This document shows positions 39,391 through 48,570 of a stretch of 64,000 nt of DNA, one piece after another (the first letter of the stretch is position 1; each line of letters starts with the position of its first letter). Source of the stretch: Marine Group III euryarchaeote CG-Epi1 (GTDB taxonomy: Archaea; Thermoplasmatota; Poseidoniia; MGIII; CG-Epi1); NCBI GenBank assembly GCA_001875345.1, contig MIZA01000021.1, forward strand, positions 6,222 to 70,221. The letters are read 5' to 3'. The position numbers and the translations under genes were made by a program. The notes under the pieces were generated by a model, which did not search any database, was not told where the DNA came from, and saw only the letters and a list, made by a program, of their open reading frames with translations.

Positions 39391-39977
39391 ATCATTAAGG
39401 TTTCTCTATCAACTCTTTTACTAATTGAATCTCGCGGCATTTCCTCAGAAACTAGATTCCAATGTAATCCAAATACTTTATGCAACTCAGATTTTGTTAC
39501 GCCCCACGGAGGGCCACCTTCGTCTAATTCTTTATCCAAGGGCAAGAAAAGCCCAACTAATTTTCCACTAGGTTTCAATAGTTGCCAGACTACTCTATCG
39601 TATTCGAAACGGCGTAGAGGGCTAATTGCACAAAAACAGGTATACTCCATGACATAATCAAATGAGTAGTGAATGTCTTCAGGAAGATCAAAGATATCTG
39701 CTTTAATCAATGTTACATTAACGTTTGCATCTTCCGCGTTTAATCTTGTTGCTGAAATGGCATTACTTGTGAAATCTACAGCAGTTACATCAAAACCTTG
39801 CTTAGCAAACGTAACTGCATCGTACCCTCTGCCGCATCCAATAACACATATACGGCCTTTAGGTAGCTCTGTGGCTAATCTTTGAAAAATAGGAGTTGGT
39901 CCTCCTAGATCCCAACCATCCATTTCAGACTCATAGCAGGCCTCCCAAAATTCTGGAGTATTAACCGGATCTTCCAT
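39375..39977 (-). CDS. SAM-dependent methyltransferase, TPMT / thiol-halide methyltransferase family
   Basis: FWEACY...WDLGGPTP, GCGRGYDA, EYTCFCAI, LLKPSG, GGPPWG. Confidence 0.85.
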   Translation of the reverse strand: MEDPVNTPEFWEACYESEMDGWDLGGPTPIFQRLATELPKGRICVIGCGRGYDAVTFAKQGFDVTAVDFTSNAISATRLNAEDANVNVTLIKADIFDLPEDIHYSFDYVMEYTCFCAISPLRRFEYDRVVWQLLKPSGKLVGLFLPLDKELDEGGPPWGVTKSELHKVFGLHWNLVSEEMPRDSISKRVDRETLMIWEKK

Positions 39978-40047
39978 TTTTATCGCAAAGAGAAGTACCG
40001 TTAAAAAACAAGGGTAGACTTTTTGAAACCACTCTTAATCTAGTAAC

Positions 40048-40527
40048 ATGACTGATGTATTGATGCGAACAAGTGCTGGAGACATTACTATAGAGCTATT
40101 TGATGATAAGGCTCCAAAAACAGTGGAAAATTTTCTGAAACTAGTTGACAAAAAATTCTATAACGGATTGCATTTCCACAGAATAATCAAGGACTTTATG
40201 TTACAAGGAGGATGTCCAAATTCGAAAGATCCTAATAGTCCAAAGGCTGGAACTGGAGGCCCAGGATACCAAATTAATTGTGAATTCCATCCAGAATTAA
40301 AACATGATAGACCAGGATTGCTTTCGATGGCAAACGCAGGACCTAATACTGGAGGATCTCAATTTTTCTTAACCACGGTACCAACACCTTGGCTGGACGG
40401 AGCTCATGCCATTTTTGGAGAGGTTACAGAGGGTATGAACGTAGTAAAAAAAATAGAGAGTTGTAAAACTGGCCACATGGACAGGCCAAATAAACCTCAA
40501 AAAATAATCTCAGTTAATAGAACATAA
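40048..40527 (+). CDS. Cyclophilin-type peptidyl-prolyl isomerase
   Basis: [47 protein letters not shown]. Confidence 0.96.
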   Translation: MTDVLMRTSAGDITIELFDDKAPKTVENFLKLVDKKFYNGLHFHRIIKDFMLQGGCPNSKDPNSPKAGTGGPGYQINCEFHPELKHDRPGLLSMANAGPNTGGSQFFLTTVPTPWLDGAHAIFGEVTEGMNVVKKIESCKTGHMDRPNKPQKIISVNRT

Positions 40528-40579
40528 TAACAATTAACGGTCAAGAGCAAACGATTACTTTTCCAATTTATTAAAAAAA

Positions 40580-42385
40580 TTAATCATCGGTAGATGAACC
40601 TTCATCCATATAAGGCACATCTATGTCTAACTGAGCAATATACAAACCTGAAGTTATACAAGAAAGATATGTATATCCATCATGATACTCTGCAGCCCAT
40701 AAGAAAGGAATCCATCCAAAATCATAGAAATTAGAATCGAGAGGCTCCCCATATGCATTATTTTGAGGTAAAATATAAGCAACAGTCGATGCTAGATGTG
40801 ATGCATTTCTATCTTCATAGTTGCCTGTGGCTATCATAGATTCAACATCGACAATCCACAGCCCCGCATGATAATGAGATATGTACAATCTACCATCCCA
40901 TCCTCCACCATAACTTTGATCAGGTTTCTCATCGTCAGTTATGAAATGACCTGAATCCAAATTATGTGGACTGAAAAGTAACCATTCATCCCCATCAGAA
41001 TGAGGTTCACAAGAAGAACCAAAGCAGTGTAAACCAGAAGTTGGAATTTCCCAATCACCGACTAATTTAGGAAGGAAACGCAAATTACCATTAACAACTT
41101 CATAATCTGTGTTATCAATAATGTATATCATTCCTGTACCAACGTATGTGGATAATACTTCAACTGCAGCAGTAATCAAATGCCTTTCACCTTCAAGTTC
41201 AGGAACTATATGAGAAATATCTACCATTTCAGGATAAGGCTCAGTGTAGTGAATGTAAGATGAACGGCCTCCGTTCTCATTTCCAGTTGAACCGCTGTCT
41301 GGTTGACCATCCCCATCAAAATCTGCAAAATCCATCCAATAACCCACTTCTGGAGCCCTCCAAAGACAAGTTACAGGAGAACCTACTGTACTCTTACAGC
41401 CTAACCCATAAAAGAGATAATTTTCAGGACTATTAACTGGATGAGGGACATCTGTAACATCTCCTATTCTAACACCAGCTTCCCAATATGCCCCATAAAC
41501 ATAAGTACGTTCATATCGTGGATCTAGGGGGTCATTTCCTGGCCAAGTTTGAACTGTCATATCATGAATGTAAATCCACCCTCCTCTAGTTGTTTCCCAA
41601 GCAACTTCATACTCACCTACTTTGATTACAGTATGACCATAACCAGAACCTGGTACTCCTTCTAATGTTCTAGCTGCAGAGCCTTGAAGATTCAAATGAG
41701 CAATGGTAACTCCACCACATGCTTCACCTACAGCAATATCACAACCTTCATAATCAGGATTAGCGACAAAAATATACCATTCGTTGTCAATCATATGCGT
41801 ATACAAATTATGTGGCCCAGAAGGGTGGTCTGAATCATACCAGCTGTCTACCCAAACTGGGTTAGTTTTGTCAGTAACATCTACAAGAACTACACTAACT
41901 TGTGTAGGATCTCCCCACTCACCTACTTGAGGATCTGCATATCCAGGATCTACCAGTTGATTCTGAAGAATAACATATTCTCTACCACTAAATTCTAGGT
42001 ATTTAATATCTAAAAGCTGAGTATTTGGGTCTGTATACTTACCCATAACTGTTGTATTGTATGGATCGGTCACATCAGTTATGTGAAATTCTGACCAACC
42101 TGCTTGATAAGCATAGGTTCGACCGTCCGGAGAATCTGCTACTGTAACTTCAGCATTTCCTCCATTAGTCAAAGGATTGTAGGAAATTTGCTCAATATTA
42201 CCACTACTCATGTTATGCATTGAAGCATCCATGTGATCATGACCCTCCTCTTGAATTAAAGGATCTTCTAAAACAACGATATCTTCACTTAAAACAGTTT
42301 CCTCATCTGAAACCAAAAAATAAGCTGTACCGCTTACTAAACTCAAAGAAATCAAAACTGCTAATGCCATTTCCTTCGTTTGCAT
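40580..42385 (-). CDS. Membrane-anchored LVIVD-repeat-like beta-propeller protein
   Basis: N-terminal anchor; LVDVTDKTNP, IHDMTV, AYWEAGVRIGDV, SPHN, SHYHAGLWIVDV, SGLYI. Confidence 0.6.
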   Translation of the reverse strand: MQTKEMALAVLISLSLVSGTAYFLVSDEETVLSEDIVVLEDPLIQEEGHDHMDASMHNMSSGNIEQISYNPLTNGGNAEVTVADSPDGRTYAYQAGWSEFHITDVTDPYNTTVMGKYTDPNTQLLDIKYLEFSGREYVILQNQLVDPGYADPQVGEWGDPTQVSVVLVDVTDKTNPVWVDSWYDSDHPSGPHNLYTHMIDNEWYIFVANPDYEGCDIAVGEACGGVTIAHLNLQGSAARTLEGVPGSGYGHTVIKVGEYEVAWETTRGGWIYIHDMTVQTWPGNDPLDPRYERTYVYGAYWEAGVRIGDVTDVPHPVNSPENYLFYGLGCKSTVGSPVTCLWRAPEVGYWMDFADFDGDGQPDSGSTGNENGGRSSYIHYTEPYPEMVDISHIVPELEGERHLITAAVEVLSTYVGTGMIYIIDNTDYEVVNGNLRFLPKLVGDWEIPTSGLHCFGSSCEPHSDGDEWLLFSPHNLDSGHFITDDEKPDQSYGGGWDGRLYISHYHAGLWIVDVESMIATGNYEDRNASHLASTVAYILPQNNAYGEPLDSNFYDFGWIPFLWAAEYHDGYTYLSCITSGLYIAQLDIDVPYMDEGSSTDD

Positions 42386-42435
42386 TATTTTGAGCAGTAT
42401 AACCTTTTATTTATAGCCTATTTAGGTGTAATAAC

Positions 42436-43056
42436 ATGAAGGCTAGTAAAATCGTAATTAGCATAGCTGTTGCAATTCTTGTCAGCTTTCAAGTATATTC
42501 TCCGACAGTTTCTGCACATACCGGAGAAAATTTCATGATTATAATTAAGGAAAACGGGAGCGTCCCCGGAAATCCAACAATGATGGTAAACGACAGTGCA
42601 CTGTGGGTTAATGTTGACAACAGAGATAATGTTACTCATCAAATTTTTGTCGATGCAAATTCGGATGGAATCTACAATGGCAGTGATGACTGGAAATCTT
42701 TAAACTTGACACATGAAGGAAATTGCAGAAACGATAACGGAACTAGGATTGAAAACTGTGAAGCTAGCTACACAGTCACTTTTAATGAAACTGTAATGAA
42801 CATGAGCTATTATGATATAGTTGGCACATATGCCTATGTTGATATTGATTCTAACGGAACAAAGTTTTACGGAAACATAACTGTGATTCCAGAATTACAC
42901 GTAACTGCTGGATTCCAAGATACAAATGCTAATAATATAGATGAGGCTAAAGACGAAGAGGAAGATTCAAGCCTTCTTTTGATTATAGCGGCTGCCTCTG
43001 CACTAGGGGCTATGATACTGGGGGGAATGATTCTTTTTGGTAACGAAGAAGAATAA
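42436..43056 (+). CDS. Secreted, C-terminally anchored protein with degenerate cupredoxin-like pattern
   Basis: Signal peptide ending VSA-H; P...MVNDSALWVNVD...THQI; GTYAY...YGNITV; C-terminal TM. Confidence 0.5.
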   Translation: MKASKIVISIAVAILVSFQVYSPTVSAHTGENFMIIIKENGSVPGNPTMMVNDSALWVNVDNRDNVTHQIFVDANSDGIYNGSDDWKSLNLTHEGNCRNDNGTRIENCEASYTVTFNETVMNMSYYDIVGTYAYVDIDSNGTKFYGNITVIPELHVTAGFQDTNANNIDEAKDEEEDSSLLLIIAAASALGAMILGGMILFGNEEE

Positions 43057-43567
43057 AAATTACATTAAAATTCTCTTTCTTAGTTTAATTTCATTCTCTG
43101 CTATTCTGAGCGTATATCATCTTAATACATCTGATGAAGATGAAGCTGAGAATGAAAGTTCTTACTTGAAAAGTGAGATATGCTATTACGCGTTAAATGG
43201 AATTATTGCCGATCATCACTACCATTTACAATTAAATATAACCATAGAGGATGAAAGAATTGAAATTCCTATGAATATCGGCTTTGAAAGAGACTCTGAA
43301 GGCAATACGATTTTCTTACATCCAATACATACTTATGACAATAGTGGCAGAATACATGTTGAAACATCCAAAAATGCTACTGCAGAACTTGGTTTTTTCT
43401 TTGAAATATGGGGAAAAGATTTTTCAAATAATAAAATACTTAATAATACTTCAAATGAAGATTATAGTGTTAACATGTTTCTTAACGGAGAACAGGTAGA
43501 AACATTTGAGAAAACCGTTCTTGAACCTTATTCATTTATTGAAATATTTTACACAAAGAATGACTAA
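43037..43567 (+). CDS. Membrane-anchored conserved hypothetical protein with His motifs
   Basis: N-terminal TM; HHYHLQLNI...IPMNIG...HPIHTYDNSGRIHVE...LGFFFEIWG. Confidence 0.65.
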   Translation: MVTKKNKNYIKILFLSLISFSAILSVYHLNTSDEDEAENESSYLKSEICYYALNGIIADHHYHLQLNITIEDERIEIPMNIGFERDSEGNTIFLHPIHTYDNSGRIHVETSKNATAELGFFFEIWGKDFSNNKILNNTSNEDYSVNMFLNGEQVETFEKTVLEPYSFIEIFYTKND

Positions 43568-43598
43568 AGCTTATTTTAGCGGGCCAAGGTAATATCTT

Positions 43599-45065
43599 AT
43601 GACATCTGTAGTTGAAGGATTAAAACCTGAAATTATATGGAAACATTTTGAAACTCTCACAAAGATTCCTAGGCCTTCTAAGCACGAAGGTAAAATACTT
43701 GCTTATATCAAAAAATTTGCAAATGAAAGACATTTTGAAATAAGAGAAGACGCAACCGGAAACATTGTTGTACTGAGACCTGGTAGCGGAAGTGGAAAAA
43801 ATGCTCCAACAATTATAATTCAAAGCCATGTGGATATGGTTTGCGAAAAAAATAGAGACTCTCAGCACGATTTTATGAATGATCCACTTAAGTTGTACAT
43901 CGATAATGGATGGCTAAAGGCTGATGGTACGACATTAGGTGCAGATAATGGAATTGGAGTTGCTGCTGCAATGGCGTTATTAGATTTACCAGAAAATACA
44001 CCATTGCCTCCTCTTGAATGCTTATTCACAGTTGACGAGGAAACTGGTTTAACTGGAGCATTCGCACTAAATGGAGAAATACTAAAAGGAAGAACCATGC
44101 TAAACCTAGATACAGAAGATTGGGGAGAAATTTGTATAGGTTGCGCAGGCGGAGGAGATTCTAGCATTAATTTACCAGTTAATTACGTTGAGGCACCTGC
44201 AGATTATTTATCTTTTCAACTTTCTGTGGAGGGTCTAAAAGGAGGTCACTCTGGTGTAGACATACATGAAGAAAGAGGAAATGCAATAGTTTTCATATCA
44301 TCTATAATTGATGATATTTTAGAACATGCTAAAATTTCTATTACCTCTTTAGAAGGAGGAGATAAACATAATGCAATACCTAGAGAAGCATTTGCTCAAC
44401 TTTACATTCATCCAGAATCAGTTTCAGACGCACAAAATTCTGTAGCTAACATAGCTAGGGCACTGAAAAATGAATTTGGAACAATGGAGCCAAATTTTGA
44501 CATTAAATTTACTGGCTCTAGCGAACTACCAGATAAGTGCCTTTCAGATAGTAGCCAGATGGAACTAATAGGATTGCTAAGAACATTACCTCATGGAGTT
44601 CTCAAGTATTCTCACGACGTGCAAGGATTAGTGGAAACTTCTAATAATTTAGCATCGGTTAAAAAAATCCACGATAAAATTAACATTGTATGCTCTACAA
44701 GATCGTCAATTTCAGAGGCCCTGGAATCACAAAGAAAAAGAATAAGGATAATGTCTGAAGCTTTTGGAGCTGTAGCTGAGCAGGATGAAGCATATCCTGG
44801 ATGGGCACCTAACATAAACTCTCCTGTGTTAGAAACAACTACAAAGATATATACTGAATTACTAGGTAAAGACCCACACATATGTGCTATACATGCTGGC
44901 CTAGAATGTGGTGTAATAGGAGAAAAAGTTAAGGGTATGGATATGGTTTCTTTTGGACCGACAATAAAAGGACCTCACTCTCCTGATGAAAGAGTCGAGA
45001 TTTCTTCTGTAGATAAATTTTGGGATTTATTACTTAAAATATTAAATGAACTTTCAAAGAAGTGA
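43599..45065 (+). CDS. pepD: Aminoacyl-histidine dipeptidase (M20C)
   Basis: IPRPSKHE, QSHVDMVCEK, TLGADNGIG, TVDEETGLTGA, IHAGLECG, HSPDE. Confidence 0.94.
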   Translation: MTSVVEGLKPEIIWKHFETLTKIPRPSKHEGKILAYIKKFANERHFEIREDATGNIVVLRPGSGSGKNAPTIIIQSHVDMVCEKNRDSQHDFMNDPLKLYIDNGWLKADGTTLGADNGIGVAAAMALLDLPENTPLPPLECLFTVDEETGLTGAFALNGEILKGRTMLNLDTEDWGEICIGCAGGGDSSINLPVNYVEAPADYLSFQLSVEGLKGGHSGVDIHEERGNAIVFISSIIDDILEHAKISITSLEGGDKHNAIPREAFAQLYIHPESVSDAQNSVANIARALKNEFGTMEPNFDIKFTGSSELPDKCLSDSSQMELIGLLRTLPHGVLKYSHDVQGLVETSNNLASVKKIHDKINIVCSTRSSISEALESQRKRIRIMSEAFGAVAEQDEAYPGWAPNINSPVLETTTKIYTELLGKDPHICAIHAGLECGVIGEKVKGMDMVSFGPTIKGPHSPDERVEISSVDKFWDLLLKILNELSKK

Positions 45066-45068
45066 AAC

Positions 45069-45719
45069 TTGATTAAAAACATTAGAAATAATTTAGAAAT
45101 AGAATTACCTGGAATAAAATCATGGAATCGAATGACTGTTGAGCCAATGCAAGACAGCAGAACTATCAATGAGAAAATTATAAATTACAAAGAGTGGTCA
45201 TCTAAAGAAAATGTAAAAAATATGAAAAAAGCAGCCGTACTAGTTTGCTTTTTTAGAAAAAATAACGAATATTATTTTCCGTTAATAAAACGTCCTATGC
45301 ACGAGAGAAATCATCCTGGTCAAATTGCACTACCTGGCGGATCTATGGAGAAAAATGAAGCCTTGATGACAACTGCATTGAGAGAAGCATTTGAGGAAGT
45401 TGGAATTCAACCAAATGATGTTGACGTCATCGGAGAAATGACACCATTACCTGTTCCTGTTTCAAGATACTTGATTTATCCATTTATAGGCATAACTGAA
45501 GCTGAACCCAAATGGATACTTAACGAGAAGGAAGTTGACGAACTTATAGTATTAAAATTCGTTGACTTAATTAACTCTGATAATGGATATTATGAAGAGT
45601 GGAACCTCAAAGATAAAATGCTTAAAGTACCCATATTCAAAATTATGAACATAAAAATATGGGGAGCTACAGCTGCAATTCTCAGTGAATTAATAGATTT
45701 ATCGAAGGATTCTAGCTAA
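45069..45719 (+). CDS. Nudix CoA pyrophosphatase
   Basis: AAVLV, HPGQIALPGG, ALREAFEEVG, IWGATA. Confidence 0.9.
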   Translation: MIKNIRNNLEIELPGIKSWNRMTVEPMQDSRTINEKIINYKEWSSKENVKNMKKAAVLVCFFRKNNEYYFPLIKRPMHERNHPGQIALPGGSMEKNEALMTTALREAFEEVGIQPNDVDVIGEMTPLPVPVSRYLIYPFIGITEAEPKWILNEKEVDELIVLKFVDLINSDNGYYEEWNLKDKMLKVPIFKIMNIKIWGATAAILSELIDLSKDSS

Positions 45720-46635
45720 ATAAAGAATTCAAAGGCTGAACTAAATTAGTCGAAAAAATATCTCCGAAGAATGCTGTCATTATAAATGATAAAGCCAGTG
45801 GAATAATGTATGGAACTTTGAATGTAATCCAAGGATTTTTTATCCCCATATTTTCTAATTTTTCCCATTCTTTATCTGAATCCAATTTATGTTTAACAAA
45901 AGCCACCATGATCACTTTTTCTCCGATTGCTTGTTGCATCGGCCAAACAAAGCTCTCTCTGGCTTTACTTAATTCCATTTTTGTTCCAAAGAAAATCTGG
46001 AAAAAAGGACTTTCTAGATTTCCTTTAACTATATTATAAAAAGCTAAACTGAATGGAATTAGTAAGTAAAGTAAAAGTGAATTCATAAATATTACAAAGG
46101 GGTATGGAAAACCACGTGTATCAAAAGCTGTTAAAGATTCACCAGTAAATGAAAAAGAAAAAGGAGTAATCAAACTAATTGCCATAATTGCTTTGACATC
46201 CGCACCACCTATGGTTGGACCGAAATAAAACCAAATGTACATTAAAATCATTAATAGTGGAATAGAAATTAAATCAATTAATTGGTAATTATTCTTCGAA
46301 ATATCATTTGAATCAAAACTAAAAAAGAAATATATAGAACAAAAAATTGCAATATACTGACTAGATTTCCAGAGCATTACTTGATTCTTATCCAATACGT
46401 ATTCGTCCACAAAAGAATTAAAAAATAGAGTGAAAGTTGCAAATAGTAAAGCCCAAAGATATATCCCAAAATCTTCCCAAATTGAATTTACTTCATAAAT
46501 TAATAATAAAGAACCTAAGATTCCTCCATAAATCCAAACCAAATTTGAGACTCTTCGTGTTTTTAAATCAGACCAGGAACCATATGAAAGCATGACAAAT
46601 CCAATTAGAAAACGTAACGTGTCAATACTATCCAT
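45712..46635 (-). CDS. Prepilin/prearchaellin peptidase (A24, FlaK/PibD-like)
   Basis: SWSDLKTRRVSN, IGGADVKA, WITFKVPYIIP..FGD. ATG at 46635 preferred. Confidence 0.85.
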   Translation of the reverse strand: MDSIDTLRFLIGFVMLSYGSWSDLKTRRVSNLVWIYGGILGSLLLIYEVNSIWEDFGIYLWALLFATFTLFFNSFVDEYVLDKNQVMLWKSSQYIAIFCSIYFFFSFDSNDISKNNYQLIDLISIPLLMILMYIWFYFGPTIGGADVKAIMAISLITPFSFSFTGESLTAFDTRGFPYPFVIFMNSLLLYLLIPFSLAFYNIVKGNLESPFFQIFFGTKMELSKARESFVWPMQQAIGEKVIMVAFVKHKLDSDKEWEKLENMGIKNPWITFKVPYIIPLALSFIMTAFFGDIFSTNLVQPLNSLFS

Positions 46636-46725
46636 ATTTATGTAAATTAGCGACAGCATATTAATATATCTTTATTCTACGATTATATTGAATACATTTT
46701 ATATACTAAACCAAATTCGCAAAGT

Positions 46726-48405
46726 GTGGATTTAAGAGAGCAATTATTGCCCAATGAAAAACTGTTAACAGAATACACTAATTTATTTATCGAAAATAAG
46801 AAGGGAAATGCATATCTTACAAATCGAAGAATATTTTTATCAACTAAAAATAATTTATGGAATTTCAATACAGATGATATAAGATATATGGGAAGAATGA
46901 ATAAGCCACGTTTCTCATGGATTTGGCAAGTACTCATTTCCCTTATGATTCTGTATAGTATTTTAGGAGGACATACATTACTATTTCTAATTTGTATAAT
47001 CCTCTCTGCTGCAAGGCAATATCTCAAAATAGACTCTTTAGAAATCGGTTTGGAGAATAAAAAATGGACAATTGCAGATGATAACGAACAGCTTGATGAA
47101 ATGATGCTTCAAATTCAGACAAACCAAGTTACAGGGTTAGAAAGAAGTGAAGGAAAACCTATAGTTGATGCCGAAGAAGAATTGGAATCAAAAATTGAAA
47201 TAAACATATTAGGGGAGAATGAATCTGGCCCTCTTAGGTCTGCATGGCTATCTCTCTCATTTGCATTTCTTTTTTACTACTTAAATTCTTTTAGAGATTC
47301 TGGTAGTGTATGGCTTTTTGTTCTTTTGATTTCAGCCCTCTGCTCATATATTATCTACAAAGATAGAAGAAATACAAATACTTTAAGAAAAGTCGAACCC
47401 GAGGATGGAGCCATACGTAAATGTTGGTACTTTATCTTAACTAAGCTAAAAATAGAAATAATTAGAGCAAACTACTCATTTAGGCTTAATAATAAGCAAT
47501 TGGAGGTTAGAAATTTAGGATACATACTAAGCTCTATAGTTCTACTACTTGCCTTTACAGTTACTCACATTAATTCAAATCTAATTCCGATGTTATTTGG
47601 AATTTCCCTTGCAACCACAATATACATGATTGGGAGATGTCTTGCAGGAATACCTAGATCTCGTAATAGAATGATTGCAAGGACCTTCGCTTGTACCTTA
47701 GTTGCTATATGCGTAATTATGCCATGCCTAACTTTCGCTCCTTTGTATGTACCTGCAAATGCAGTTCTTCCTTCTAACTTTTTAGACGGAGAAAATGGAA
47801 ATGGTTGGAAAAAATCTTATTCACAAGTAGATGAGTACGGCCTTGGTTTAGCCTCAACTAGCATCTATCTTTATGCTGACGACGCGAAAGATAATGAAGG
47901 TAACGAGGATGGATATCCTGCAATCTTATTTGTAATTGTCCTAAAAGTACCATTCGAAATTGACGAAACTGTACCTTTGGACATTTTAAACGATCAATTT
48001 CAAAAAATGGCAATAGAACAAGATATTGAATTGGACTCCGAACTGGAAAGTGGAAAACGTAAGACTTCACAAGGCTATGATACTGAATATGTCATATACA
48101 ATGGAACTACTAAAACTGAAAAAATTGGAACTGAAGATATAAATTACAAAGTAACAAAAGGCTCAGAATCTAAATATATAGGAGAAGTTTGGAAAGCTCC
48201 GGAGTACAATTTACTTGTTGTTTCAATGGGAATTGGAATTATATCGTCTGAAACTGTTAACGAGGACACTGGAATTGAACCTATTGATGATTTAGTAGAT
48301 AATCTAATTCCAAATCCAACAGACACTACTGACGAAAAAAATTGGAATGAAATGATAGATTTAATCCCCGAAATTTATTGCTACGAAGAAGATTGGAATG
48401 CCTAA
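46726..48405 (+). CDS. Multi-pass membrane protein with PH-like N-terminus and large C-terminal soluble domain
   Basis: AYLTNRRIFL (bacterial PH-like pattern), several TM pairs, acidic C-terminal domain. Confidence 0.55.
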   Translation: MDLREQLLPNEKLLTEYTNLFIENKKGNAYLTNRRIFLSTKNNLWNFNTDDIRYMGRMNKPRFSWIWQVLISLMILYSILGGHTLLFLICIILSAARQYLKIDSLEIGLENKKWTIADDNEQLDEMMLQIQTNQVTGLERSEGKPIVDAEEELESKIEINILGENESGPLRSAWLSLSFAFLFYYLNSFRDSGSVWLFVLLISALCSYIIYKDRRNTNTLRKVEPEDGAIRKCWYFILTKLKIEIIRANYSFRLNNKQLEVRNLGYILSSIVLLLAFTVTHINSNLIPMLFGISLATTIYMIGRCLAGIPRSRNRMIARTFACTLVAICVIMPCLTFAPLYVPANAVLPSNFLDGENGNGWKKSYSQVDEYGLGLASTSIYLYADDAKDNEGNEDGYPAILFVIVLKVPFEIDETVPLDILNDQFQKMAIEQDIELDSELESGKRKTSQGYDTEYVIYNGTTKTEKIGTEDINYKVTKGSESKYIGEVWKAPEYNLLVVSMGIGIISSETVNEDTGIEPIDDLVDNLIPNPTDTTDEKNWNEMIDLIPEIYCYEEDWNA

Positions 48406-48569
48406 TTTTTATCTATTACTAATCCTTCTTTTAATGGAAAAGAAACAAATTCTCCTTCCCACTTAACTTCAGATTCTTCGTCTAACAATCCTGCTGATAC
48501 CAATTTATTCATCATCATCTCAGCATCATCTTTTGGAACTTTCAAATATTGCCTTTCACTTTCGCTCAT
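48402..48569 (-). CDS. 55-aa protein resembling the Trm5 N-terminal (D1) domain; below the ORF-track cutoff
   Basis: Hand translation MSESERQYLKVPKDDAEMMMNKLVSAGLLDEESEVKWEGEFVSFPLKEGLVIDKN*. The ATG follows the ALDH stop after a 1-nt gap and the ORF fills the intergenic space. Confidence 0.75.
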   Translation of the reverse strand: MSESERQYLKVPKDDAEMMMNKLVSAGLLDEESEVKWEGEFVSFPLKEGLVIDKN

Positions 48570-48570
48570 A

